DNA of 64,000 nt, taken from positions 310,001 through 374,000 of the forward strand of contig JADEYG010000007.1 in assembly GCA_016906335.1 (NCBI GenBank), in the 5' to 3' direction. The first letter of the stretch is position 1; every line of letters starts with the position of its first letter. Below the pieces are notes generated by a model. It had not been told where the DNA came from and did no database searches. It was given only the letters and a program-made list of their open reading frames with translations. Positions 36,282 through 47,395 of this stretch are shown here, one piece after another. Source of the stretch: Novakomyces olei. Its lineage: Eukaryota. Made by a program: the position numbers and the translations under genes.

Positions 36282-38640
36282 ATGCCAGCCTTCAGCAGAA
36301 TGCGCTCTTTGCATACTGTTCACAGCATAAATTTTTCCTGGCGGTTGATACCGACACTGAGAGCCCAGCTTTTCCTACAACAGCGTCAATGCAATTCTTC
36401 GCTTGCAACAGCATTAGTTCCTGTTGAACCGCAACCACCGTCTGCTACTCTACGGTCCTATCAACATGAGTGTATCGATGAATGCCTGGCGGCATTACAA
36501 AAAGGCAAATCTCGTATAGCCGTATCTTTGGCCACTGGTGGAGGGAAAACTGTCATATTCTCAGAGTTAATCGGCCGTCTGCCCCTGCTTCGAGAAGAGG
36601 CACGTAACACGCTTGTTCTTGCTCATCGACATGAACTCGTCGAACAGGCTCGAGCCCATTGTGCTCGATTATATGGCGAAGAGGTAGAACAATTTTGTAT
36701 ATTTTTATTGAAGCTTTATTAATTTGAACAAAGAATGTTGAAGTGGAAATGGGCAACTCTCATGCTTCAGGGAATGCGCTAGTAACGATTGCATCTGTCA
36801 AAAGCTTAGTATCAGGAGATCGCCTCTTGAAATTTTCTCCCAGAAATTTCAAGATGATCATTATTGATGAGGCCCATCATGCTGTTGCAAGGACGTATAG
36901 ACAAGTGCTTAAACATTTTGGGGCACTTGAGCAGAATCCAGATGTAAAAGTCGTAGGATTTTCTGCGACGCTCAATCGAAACGATGGACTGGCTCTTGGA
37001 CCGGTTTTTGATCAAATCGTATATCACAAAGATTTTGTCTCTCTCATCAATGAAGAATGGTATGAGTGTCTTGAGAAACTCAATTAATAGTACAGGCTGT
37101 GCCCGGTGAAGTTTACAAAGGTGTTTTACGGTGTGGACTTGACGGGTGTCGAGGAATCGAGCAATGGCGATTTTAAAACCGGTCAGCTCAGCAAGAAAAC
37201 GAATACAGAGGAAGCCAATAATATTGTTGTTGCATCCTGGATTGATAAATCACGTAATTAGTCATTTGGCCAAAAATTATTAAAACTAACCTGATACTGA
37301 TAGGCGACGAGCGAAAATCCACATTAATTTTCGCTGTAGATATTGACCATGTCGAGGGTTTGACTGCAACTTTTCGCAAACACGGAATCGATGCTCGCTC
37401 TTGCAGTAGCAAAACGAGAAAGCATGAGCGACTACAACTGGTTCAGAAATTCCGAAATAAAGAATTCCCTGTGCTCGTCAATTGCGGCTTATTCACTGAA
37501 GGTACTGATATACCCGGAATTGACTGTATTGTATTAGCGCGGCCGACGAAGTCACGCAGCCTGCTTCTGCAAATGATTGGCCGTGGCCTGCGTCTTGCAC
37601 CGGGCAAAAATGACTGCCTTATTATCGATATGGCAGCTACACTTTCCATCGGACTGGCTACAATTCCGACTCTTTTTGGTCTTGAGCCGGATGAAGACAT
37701 GGAAGGCGAATTAACTGCGGAACAAATGCTCGAGCGAAGACAAAAACAACTAGAGCATCAAAAAATGGATACGCTGGTCCAAATTGAAGAGATTAAAAAA
37801 GAACAAGAGGGTGATGAGCAGCCAATTTCGCCCGGGGCTGTTGCATATCTCGATTATGACAATATTTCAGAGCTTTTAATCGATACACTAACCGATGATG
37901 AGGTTTCTGTTTCAGACATGACACCAAATGCTTGGGTTCAAGTAGGAGACGACAAACACATTTTGCAATTATCGACAAGGGGGGAACTTGTTATTAGACG
38001 ATATGCAGAAAAGAATCCAGTAAATGACCCTGATTTAATTGAAAATAAAGCAAAGGCAAAAGGATCAAAAGCCAAAGGATCAAAGGGGAAAACGAATATC
38101 GAAGCCAATTCGAAGCTTGAGGATTCAGCCTCCATGGCCCAAAATTCGTTTAAATATCAAATCGATTTCTTACCCAGGTTTCGCTTGTGTGATAAGAAAT
38201 ATATTCGGATCAGTCGTCGCGTATTGGCCAATGAGCTGCCTTCTCTTGAACATGCGTTCAGATCGGCCGATAAATTTGCACAGACATTTCGTTTGCCACC
38301 AAATAGTTTGCTACGATTTGCGAAATGGCGTAAATTGCCAGCAACATCCGCACAGCTGGAACTGATCAAGAAACGACTCGAACCTAGGAAAAAGGATAAG
38401 AATGAAAATGAAGTCGGATCTGCGGAGATTAGAGCTTCATCAATTGCGAGCGAACTCAAAGGCATGACTCGTGGAGCTGCTGCTAATACAATTACACGGC
38501 TATTGCATGGCGGACGTAAACTTCACACTGACCGTAGGAAAAAGGAGCAATTAAAACATCACTTTTGGGTTGAAAGACAGACTCGCCGTGTAGCTGAGCT
38601 GAAACGTCTCGCCGAGCGACTTGAATCGCTTACATCTTGA
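36282..38640 (+). CDS. IRC3: Mitochondrial SF2 DNA helicase Irc3
   Basis: Presequence-like N-terminus; LRSYQ, ATGGGKT, DEAHH, SAT, FTEGTDIP, QMIGRGLR; three introns. Confidence 0.92.
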
Positions 38641-38919
38641 TCAATTGCAATCAATTTTGAAGGGTTCTGCTAAGAAAGTTTCGTCTTTGATAGTCTTTAA
38701 GCACGGCTCTTTAGGTGTTGTGTATCTAGGGCAAATTTGATGACTGACGCCAGCGGCGAGTCTTTTGCAATTTGGCTCAGTGTTTGTTTTGCTACTTTTG
38801 CATGCCTTTACAGTATTAAGTTATTTGGATTAAGTCCACAATACATCCGTTTCAGTATGCTTGAATAATTATTACAATACTATGCAAACCGCTATTGTTC
38901 AAGAAACACTAATGCAAAA

Positions 38920-40248
38920 CTAGATCCAATCGCCGTTATTCTTTGTCGGCGTCGAGGTGATATTTGTGGTCTCCAAGCTGAGAGCATCGTCGTCATTGAC
39001 GCGGCGAACGATATCATGATGTGCACTGAATAGCGAACCATTTGTTGAAGTATCAGCGTCCGTGATGGAGTTTGCAGTTGGCGAAGAACGGCCTTCGCCC
39101 TCGCTGCCGTTAACTGAACGCGGCTGAACACTCACTCGTACATTAGCGTCCTTTGAAGTGAAAGACGCCGGGGAAAGAATATCGTCTCCTCCAGTTAGAG
39201 GTATATGAGAGCTTGTTATTGATCCGTATCTGAGCAGCTCACTTGCATGGTGTGCTTTTCTCTCTGTTGGAACAGGATTAGACCCGTGTTTAAGCCGTTG
39301 ATCACTGAGTCGAGCATTGAAATGTGTAGAATTACTGATATGGTTTTGTTTTCGTGGAGTCTCTGCCGTTTGTGCTGTGGCCCACATGGCAGTGAGAGGA
39401 AGGGAAAAGGTGACAATGCATTGAGTGATGGAGGAGAACCCATTGAAGTCGACAGCGAAATCGACAACTGTAAAAATCGCCGGAACAACAAGTGTCTGAC
39501 TTGTCATAATAACCACCACTTGCATGGGCCCGAAATGACGAAGCCCCAGACGGTGGCGCAGGAGAAGTGCACGAAAGAGCTTGAATAAAAGAACGACAGA
39601 GTAAAAGCAAATACTGAAAGCGAACAGGAGACGTGCTGTTTGATAATACCAGGGAGCGCCCCAAAGCTGAGCAGTGCCGGAAAGATGACGCTGCTGAATA
39701 GTAAAGCAGTTCATAATAGCAGAATAAGTCCAAAAGGCGGTGGTAACAAGGTTCAGCAGTACACCAAACACTGTAAAAACTAGACGGGCCGTATAATGCG
39801 TTGCGTAAATAACACGCACCTGAAATAGGAGAGAAAGTTCCGAGAAAAACACAATAAAAATCGGCATGCAGGCAGCCGCTTGCGAGTTTATCGAGTCTTG
39901 AGCATGAAGCTGCCTGAAATCTGCGCCTGTTTGCACGAGCAAATGTGCCCAGCCGCCAGTATAGTAAAGAGTTTGCAGTATTCCACGAACGCAGGACATG
40001 ACAAGCGAAACAATATTCATTGCGAAAACAATAGTTTTACGTTTTTCCGGTTTCGTTATCACTATGACAACCAGGAGCAGCATGGCTGACATTGCAACTT
40101 CTGCGGAAAAGACCATACCGCCTTTGACAATGAGCTGCCGGTTCTGGTCAATTTGTGCAGGTGTAACTTGAAGGACTTGGCCAGTGCCGCTCGTAATATT
40201 TATGGGCTGATTGTACACCTGCTCTAAGGGGAGCATGGAGCTAGACAT
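38920..40248 (-). CDS. STE2: Ste2/Mam2-type peptide pheromone receptor (class D GPCR)
   Basis: Seven hydrophobic segments; YNQPINIT N-terminus; RHRLGLRHFGPMQVVVIMTSQTLVVP; LPLTAMWA; Ser/Thr-rich tail; ATG at 40248. Confidence 0.94.
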   Translation of the reverse strand: MSSSMLPLEQVYNQPINITSGTGQVLQVTPAQIDQNRQLIVKGGMVFSAEVAMSAMLLLVVIVITKPEKRKTIVFAMNIVSLVMSCVRGILQTLYYTGGWAHLLVQTGADFRQLHAQDSINSQAAACMPIFIVFFSELSLLFQVRVIYATHYTARLVFTVFGVLLNLVTTAFWTYSAIMNCFTIQQRHLSGTAQLWGAPWYYQTARLLFAFSICFYSVVLLFKLFRALLLRHRLGLRHFGPMQVVVIMTSQTLVVPAIFTVVDFAVDFNGFSSITQCIVTFSLPLTAMWATAQTAETPRKQNHISNSTHFNARLSDQRLKHGSNPVPTERKAHHASELLRYGSITSSHIPLTGGDDILSPASFTSKDANVRVSVQPRSVNGSEGEGRSSPTANSITDADTSTNGSLFSAHHDIVRRVNDDDALSLETTNITSTPTKNNGDWI

Positions 40249-41689
40249 TTTGATATGATTGCTGTTTAATTGTCTCTGCACTAGAATAAAGACAATGGCG
40301 GAGGAGTGAGAGCTTGCTTGACTGATTGCGACAATGGCAAAGACAAAAGAATGGATATTTGTCTGTAGCGGTAGTGGCCAAGAGCTGCCTTTCCGGTAGA
40401 TTCAGGTCTCTCAAACGAATCGAGCTCAAAGACGGCTGTAAACCAGTAGAAACAATGATACGGCTTTAGCCACAGCGGCAATGGCTACTTTCCTGTCGGC
40501 CACAATCAGCCGCCGAGTAGTGTATATATATACTCTAGCCTCCTTCTCCCACGCAAGAAAGAGCTGCGAGTCCAGTCTTGACAAGAACGGAAGAGGCAAT
40601 ATTAGCGTTGCAAGGCGCTCTGATGGAGCTTTCAAAGGCCATTTGCTCCGTTATTATACGCCTCTGATCTGATGGAAATGCCAGTATTGTAGATATTTGA
40701 AGCATTTTGTGAATGGCCGTTGTGAATGTACAAGGGCGTTATTAACGACATAAAGGGAAATTGAAGGAAAATAAATTGGAGAAAAATAAAGACGGGCGAC
40801 AAGTGAATGATAACGAAACTGGCCGTGAACGGCTCATGGTTCGTTGACTTGAAGGTGGATACAATTTGATGAACAACTTTCTAAGAGCACCTGTCAAGAT
40901 TTGAAGGCGCCCACGTAAACATGCTTCATATTAAAAATACCTTGTAAAAGGAAGTCAAGGGGGACCGTATGCATATAAAAGCCTCAAGATTGTAGACCCA
41001 TATTGCCCTTGGCACCTGTGCTTTGCACCATTCTCCTCCTCTCTTGAAGGACTAGACTTGCACGCTTAGGAGCATACCGGCTGCTTCTTACCTATAAATT
41101 GCGCGCTTATCGAGTCGACTTTCCAAAATGACTGAAAACGATAATGCTTCAACACCATCGTCTCTGGGCCATGAAGCTTGCAAGACGGATTGGCTTACAG
41201 GTTGGTCAGGTTTGTGTGTATAATCTAATTTGCAGCACCATTGCCGCGAAAACGGACACTTTACGATTAAAGTACGCACCATAAAGCGGGCTCTTTTGCA
41301 TGCTAAACTGAGAAGGCAGCAAAGGACAATTTTGATTCTGTGTATGCAGCTCTATACATTATAGTTGGCGTTGGCCTCATAACGGAAGACGAAACGGCAT
41401 TAATTTATCGCTAAACTGGCTCTCTTATCGCACGTATGCCAAGCTCGGGTTCAATCATAGCGCTATACCGACGACACAGCATATAATAAATATATTTATA
41501 TTGTAATTTACTATGAGGGCTGATTACTTATAGACTTGGAATTACAAGGATTTGTAGTGTATTGTAGCGCGTTGCGCCGACTTTGAAATATTACGGTCGG
41601 TTCCAATGAAGACTGAAATTAAGTAAAGATTAATGCCAATTTTTCATCTGCTTGTTTCATCCGATATTTATCTCCATGTTTCACAATGG

Positions 41690-41775
41690 CATATGATATA
41701 TTTCATGATATATTTCATGATATATTTCATGATACATTTCACATGATATATTTCATGCTGCATATATTTCATGTA
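41690..41775. repeat. 12-bp minisatellite (CATGATATATTT-like), about 6 imperfect copies
   Basis: Seen directly. Confidence 0.88.
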
Positions 41776-42937
41776 TATCTTATTCCATTATATTATGTAT
41801 AAATCCCCTGCGTTCAATAGGAGGACAATGCTTCTCGGCTAATGCAGCCCCAAAGATAATGAATGATATTAAAAGCAACCAAGCCAGTTGGGTAAGCATA
41901 CAGAACTATTTCCTAATATGCTTTTCCATACCTTCCAGCATGATCGATCACCGCGTCTCCGTTGCCGCCGGCAAAACAGCCATACATACGCTGCCCGACG
42001 GACCTAGACCAGGCGTTTCGACCAATGTAAACAGACTGCCGTTTTCGGGCTCGCAATGTGAATTAATGGCCATACAATATGAACAGCCGTCGCGACTAGC
42101 ATTACTTGGTAAGCAACCGTCTATGCTATAGTAGGCGGTTAAACACATGGTAAGTAATACGCATTATTCTGCGTACCACAAGCACCTGCTATTATTTGCA
42201 GTATTATGTGTGATATAATTCCATAGGCTTATGTAAATCCTGCTTTAGTATGAGGTCCACTATTCAGTCGATATATTCGTCCACCCTATATTGACCAAAC
42301 AGATCCTTTAGGTAAAAAGCCGCTACCGTAATTTTCTGTTTAGACAACAGTATAATTGGCACTGACCCCGTTGTTGTGTGCCGCCATACGTGCGTGTACG
42401 CGGGCGTTAGTGTGCGCGGCCGTCTATTGGGTCTGCAGGCTGATAACTCAGTCTTTAAACTGCACTCTACACAATTTTCGGTTTTTATATTACGATAAAA
42501 CTGTTTGTCCAAGAACGAGGCAGCTCTCATTGCTTTGTCGCTGGTCGATATTTTCTGGTGCCGGGGCGTACATGCTAATCTAGGGCTTTTTGTCTTTATT
42601 TCCTTTTTGGAGTCAGTCTTGTACTGTGCGCTCTCTACTCACTTGGCTCACGCACGTTCTTTTCTCTGTGGTAGATTCTAAAAGTCGACTTTGAATAGCC
42701 CTGTGCATTATTCAAACTACCATTCACGAAGTTTTTTAAGCTTTACAGGAGACTCTTTTATTTCAACAGTATATTGTTATCAAACCGCTGCCCTACTCAC
42801 TACTCCAAACATGGTTTATTTCATTGATATGTCAGTTTGAGCCGCCAGCTGTTCATTTAGTGTACAAATTGTCGCTGCCATTGGTTTTTACCTTTTGTTT
42901 TTTCTTCTTGTAATCATACCTGATTGCGTGAGACAAG

Positions 42938-45900
42938 ATGTCTTTGTCCCTGAGCAACGATGACGAAGGGCTTAGTATGGGCGAAATGGACACAGATTAC
43001 AAGGCAATGCACCGGACGAGTCCAATCCCATTCCCCGGCGATGCTTTTGATTATAAGCGAATACTCATTGATGATTCTGAAAATGACGATCAGAATAGTG
43101 TACAGAATAGTGTACAGGACAGTGTACAGGGAGAGCCTAAAGGCCTGCGGCGTTTTGCTTCACTGCTCGCGGTCCTCGGTTTTACCATCGTATCGATTGC
43201 GCTGGTGGTACATTCGTTCAGAAATTACCAGGTCGACCCTAAGACTTGTGACCCGGTATACATGATACCAACGTATGCTCGAATTGACGGTTTTGATGCA
43301 GAGCATACACGACTTTCCAGCAAGTATTCTCTCTACCTGTACCGTGAATACGGGGTAGATCGTGTCCTCGAGCCACAAGGAGTACCCGTGCTTTTTGTAC
43401 CCGGAAACGCAGGGAGCTACCGGCAAATCCGTTCGATAGCAGCGGAGGCAGCTGCACAGTATCACCAAGCCGAGCTGTTCCGAACACCCACGGCTCACGC
43501 CAATGGATCAAGGAGTCTTGACTTTTTCACGGTTGATTTCAACGAAGATTTCTCTGCTTTCCATGGGCAGACAATTCTGGACCAGGCCGAGTATTTGAAT
43601 GAAGCAGTTACCTACATTTTGTCTCTGTACCATGATACTCGCAAATCAGCCGTCGACCAGGGCCTTCCGGACCCGACTTCCGTTATTATTATTGGCCATT
43701 CAATGGGCGGCATTGTGGCCCGCACAATGCCGCTGATGTCAAACTACATGCTGGGATCAATAAACACTATTTTGACCATGTCGGCCCCTCATGCTTTAGC
43801 CCCGGCCGTCTTTGATCGTCGGGTGCACGATGTCTATCAGCGAATGAACACGTTTTGGCGAAACGTGTTCCACCCGGAATTAGCGGGCAACGCTACAGCT
43901 ACACTGTTTCCAGCCGGAGGCAGTTTAATGAGTACCGCTGCCGGAGCGTACAGTGTACTCTCTAAACCAGTCTCACTTTTCGCTGAGAGTTTCCGTGAAA
44001 TGTCATTGATTTCCATCGCTGGAGGCGGCCTAGACACTGTAATTGCGAGCGACTATGCCGCAGTGTCACACCTTCTCCCGGCCAGTCATGGTTTCACGGT
44101 TTTCACGTCCACAATCCCCCATGTTTGGTCCGGCGCTGATCACCAATCCATTCTGTGGTGCGATCGGCTGCGTAAAGTTATTGCCCGTACGTTGTTGGAG
44201 ATAGTAGACGTTAGACGGAGCGAGCAGACACTCGCTTTAGCACCAAGGATGAGGGTTTTCCAGAGCAATTTACTCTCTGGGCTGGACGCGTTAGAGCCCG
44301 AAGAGGCTGCCCGGGACAGTGGTGGCAATACAGCACTGCGTATGATTGAGCTTAGTAGTGACAAGGAGCCGTATGACGTATTGGCAATTGATCAAATGTT
44401 GGTATTGTCAGAGTTTGGAGGGCTCAAGTCTAAGCGAATCCACCTTTTGCCCGTCCCTCCCTCCAATGGCGGCCGTGGCTCAGTCGTGTTTACCCTGATG
44501 ACAGACCGTAAACTGCTGGCCAATGACCCAGCGGCAGTTGCCCAGGGCAGGGCTCCCAGGCCCAAAGAAATGGATGTGCTTTTCTGTGGCGTTGTGCCTT
44601 CTCACCAAGCTGAAGCTGGAGCGAGTCAGGCAGCTGCCGACTCGCTGACCCGTCCGACCTGGCTGTCCTGCCGGCAGCCACCGAGAATAGCAAACCTGCC
44701 CTCCTCAACGCCCAACGATACTCTCGCCTCCTCCTCAACTTCAAGCGGACTGTACTACCTGCAGCACCATTTTGATAGCACCAGCGATACCCAGTTTGTA
44801 GCCATTATCGACGAAGCGGGAGGTGAGGGAGACGCTCAGAGCTCTATAGACTCTGTGCAAGGGTTCCTAGTAGCAGACTTTGTAGAGCAGGACCAGTGGT
44901 TCTTGGAGTACGATGGCAATCTGCTCAATATCCTGCTGAACGGGATCAAACTGCACTTGCCAGCGGACAGGGCGCTGAGCACAGTTGTGTCCGTCCCAGC
45001 ACTGAGCTCGTGCCTTCTCACATTTAAGCTGTCTGTCCGGCAGTCCCGTACCCGTGAGCAGAGTGGCCGCCACTCTGCTCACAGCCTCTTCCAGCCGCTG
45101 GTCCGTCAGAGTGTGGCCGATGTGCACCAGTCAAAGTACTTTGTCAATGTCGACGACGACTTTGGCGTCAACTTTTACGGGATGGCTCCTTTCCTGCCTC
45201 GAGCTTCGCAGAACAGGCAGAGTCTGCAGCTGCAGTTCTTCCTCGATCCAACGGACGACAAGATTTATACAGTGACACTTAAATTTGACCTGCTCGGCAG
45301 CCTGGGCCAGCTGCTTATGCGCTACCGAACAGCACTTGCCTGCTTCCCTCTCGCTGTTATTGCACTAGTCTTCCGCAGGCAGCTGATGTACTACAACGGA
45401 GGCGGCTGCTGGATCTCTTTCCTCGACGGACTGCGCCTCTTCTTGGCCCATGATTTCCCCATCTGCCTCGGCTTTGTCACTGCCCTGGCAGTTGCCAATA
45501 CTGCGCTGGACAGTACAGTATGGCCCCTCAGGGCACTGCCATTGGTGCTGCCTCTTCCCCACAGACTGGCACAGGCCTTGGCCATTGACAGGTCCCTGCT
45601 CCTGCACGGCCTGGAAAACCCTGTATTCTGGCCATTGCCAGCGCTCTTTGTCACTCTTGCCGTGGGCGTTGTGACACTGACGAGCATGCTCGTCAGTGTC
45701 GTCGGCCATGCAATCGCTATCGTCATCTCGTACGGACTGCCGACGCAGTACCTGCAGGGATTACTGACAGAGCCAGAGAGCAATCTGCCTCTTGCTGCCT
45801 CGGCAGCCGACAGCAGTGAGGAGGAGGAGGAGGAGGCATCGTCAGACGTGGACGATGTGGACGACGATGGCTCAACTACTGCCTCCTCCTCTACGCCAAC

Positions 45901-46930
45901 CACTAAATCAGCCGTAGCAGAAGTAGGAGGCAGCAGTAGTATAGAGTCCAATCTGCCCTCAGAATCACTGTCCCTAATCTCCAAGCCGTCTACTAAACGA
46001 CGGATCCTCACTACGCTTGTCCTTTTGCTCTTTGTTGCCACTTTTGTGCCTTACCATTTCGCCTTTGTGACTGCGTGTATCGTCCAGGGCTCGACGTGCA
46101 CGACTGCCTGCTACCGTATGCGCAAAGCATGGCTCTGGCGGAGCCAATTACGAGCACAGCCTTTTGCCAAACGGGATTCTCTTGCAAAACGGGAATCTGC
46201 CCGGTGCCGTTCGGCACAGGATGCGAACAACTATGCTCACTCGGTGTTTATGCTGATGGTCTGGCAACTGCCCATCAATATACCAATACTAATGGTCTGG
46301 GTCCGTAATATGGCCTCACACTGGTACGTGCCGTTCTCCTCTCACCACAATGTGCTCTCTGTCGCTCCCTCTATCTTGGTCGTGGAGGCTATTTCCAGCA
46401 GCCGAATGCTGCCACGGTGCAATGCCGCCTTGGGCCTTCTCTGCTCTGTCACCCTTGTGGCAATGGCCGCGTTTGCTCTCTGCTTTGGGATGCTGCATGC
46501 TTATGCTCTGCACCATTTTGCAAACTTGTTTGCTGCCCTCTTGGTCATTGCCCAATGCAGGGGGCTTTACCCTCAGGGCGAAAGGCTGGCCGTGCTTGTA
46601 TTCGACGCCCTGCTCGGGCTCAGTGGCCGGCAGGCACAGGGGCTGTGTGAAGAGGGCCACTCGAAACTGCCGAGCCAGCGAAAGCAGGGGAAATTACACA
46701 AAGTCACTAGTAACAACGACAACAGCAACAACGATAACGGCAATTATAACGGCAATTATAACAACTATAACGACAACTATAACGAAAACTATGACAACAA
46801 AAACAATAGTAATAACAACAATAATAACAAAAATAACAAAAACAAAAACAAAAACAAAAACAATACTAATAACAATAATGCAACGGACAGATCCCGTCTT
46901 TCAGCTACGGCAGGGGAAAAGGCTCGTTAG
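42938..46930 (+). CDS. BST1: GPI inositol deacylase (PGAP1)
   Basis: KYSLYLYRE, PVLFVPGNAGSYRQIRS, DFNEDFSAFHG, GHSMGG nucleophile, DHQSILWC; multiple C-terminal TMs. Confidence 0.95.
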   Translation: MSLSLSNDDEGLSMGEMDTDYKAMHRTSPIPFPGDAFDYKRILIDDSENDDQNSVQNSVQDSVQGEPKGLRRFASLLAVLGFTIVSIALVVHSFRNYQVDPKTCDPVYMIPTYARIDGFDAEHTRLSSKYSLYLYREYGVDRVLEPQGVPVLFVPGNAGSYRQIRSIAAEAAAQYHQAELFRTPTAHANGSRSLDFFTVDFNEDFSAFHGQTILDQAEYLNEAVTYILSLYHDTRKSAVDQGLPDPTSVIIIGHSMGGIVARTMPLMSNYMLGSINTILTMSAPHALAPAVFDRRVHDVYQRMNTFWRNVFHPELAGNATATLFPAGGSLMSTAAGAYSVLSKPVSLFAESFREMSLISIAGGGLDTVIASDYAAVSHLLPASHGFTVFTSTIPHVWSGADHQSILWCDRLRKVIARTLLEIVDVRRSEQTLALAPRMRVFQSNLLSGLDALEPEEAARDSGGNTALRMIELSSDKEPYDVLAIDQMLVLSEFGGLKSKRIHLLPVPPSNGGRGSVVFTLMTDRKLLANDPAAVAQGRAPRPKEMDVLFCGVVPSHQAEAGASQAAADSLTRPTWLSCRQPPRIANLPSSTPNDTLASSSTSSGLYYLQHHFDSTSDTQFVAIIDEAGGEGDAQSSIDSVQGFLVADFVEQDQWFLEYDGNLLNILLNGIKLHLPADRALSTVVSVPALSSCLLTFKLSVRQSRTREQSGRHSAHSLFQPLVRQSVADVHQSKYFVNVDDDFGVNFYGMAPFLPRASQNRQSLQLQFFLDPTDDKIYTVTLKFDLLGSLGQLLMRYRTALACFPLAVIALVFRRQLMYYNGGGCWISFLDGLRLFLAHDFPICLGFVTALAVANTALDSTVWPLRALPLVLPLPHRLAQALAIDRSLLLHGLENPVFWPLPALFVTLAVGVVTLTSMLVSVVGHAIAIVISYGLPTQYLQGLLTEPESNLPLAASAADSSEEEEEEASSDVDDVDDDGSTTASSSTPTTKSAVAEVGGSSSIESNLPSESLSLISKPSTKRRILTTLVLLLFVATFVPYHFAFVTACIVQGSTCTTACYRMRKAWLWRSQLRAQPFAKRDSLAKRESARCRSAQDANNYAHSVFMLMVWQLPINIPILMVWVRNMASHWYVPFSSHHNVLSVAPSILVVEAISSSRMLPRCNAALGLLCSVTLVAMAAFALCFGMLHAYALHHFANLFAALLVIAQCRGLYPQGERLAVLVFDALLGLSGRQAQGLCEEGHSKLPSQRKQGKLHKVTSNNDNSNNDNGNYNGNYNNYNDNYNENYDNKNNSNNNNNNKNNKNKNKNKNNTNNNNATDRSRLSATAGEKAR

Positions 46931-47395
46931 CCTCACGGAGTGTTGAAAAGAATAATGGGGTTTTATACGTCAATCACAATACTTTTATGTTTGGCCGCAG
47001 GCACGACGGTTCCTTGTGTATGTTTTGCTGTTTTAAAAGATGTAATAGTATACGATGAGAGTACGGGGTTTGAAAAAGTGACTGCCATCTTTTGCATATA
47101 GTTGCGCAGGCGACAACTGTATCATATAATCTCTCCGAACTCTGTTGTTTTCAAAAGCGCTTTAATTGTTTGATTCAGCGAATACTGAATTGTGCAAAAA
47201 CCTGCTTTTTAATCTGCGAATGGCTCACACCAAGTATATGACTTGGATGATTACGCTGCTGTACGCTTTATACTACTCGATTAATTAACTAATGCTATTA
47301 ATGACAACTTTTTCAAATCAATAATAAATGAAGCAAATGAATAAATCTGTGATAAAACATAGCCTTGACCAAGTTGGGTATGGCTGACTGCCAGA

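Noticed and set aside
41445..41460. GGTTCAATC tRNA T-loop-like motif
   Set aside because: No T-stem or cloverleaf.
38920..42938. Mating-type locus around STE2
   Set aside because: No HMG, alpha-box or homeodomain ORF, and no KR-repeat or intact CAAX pheromone gene found.
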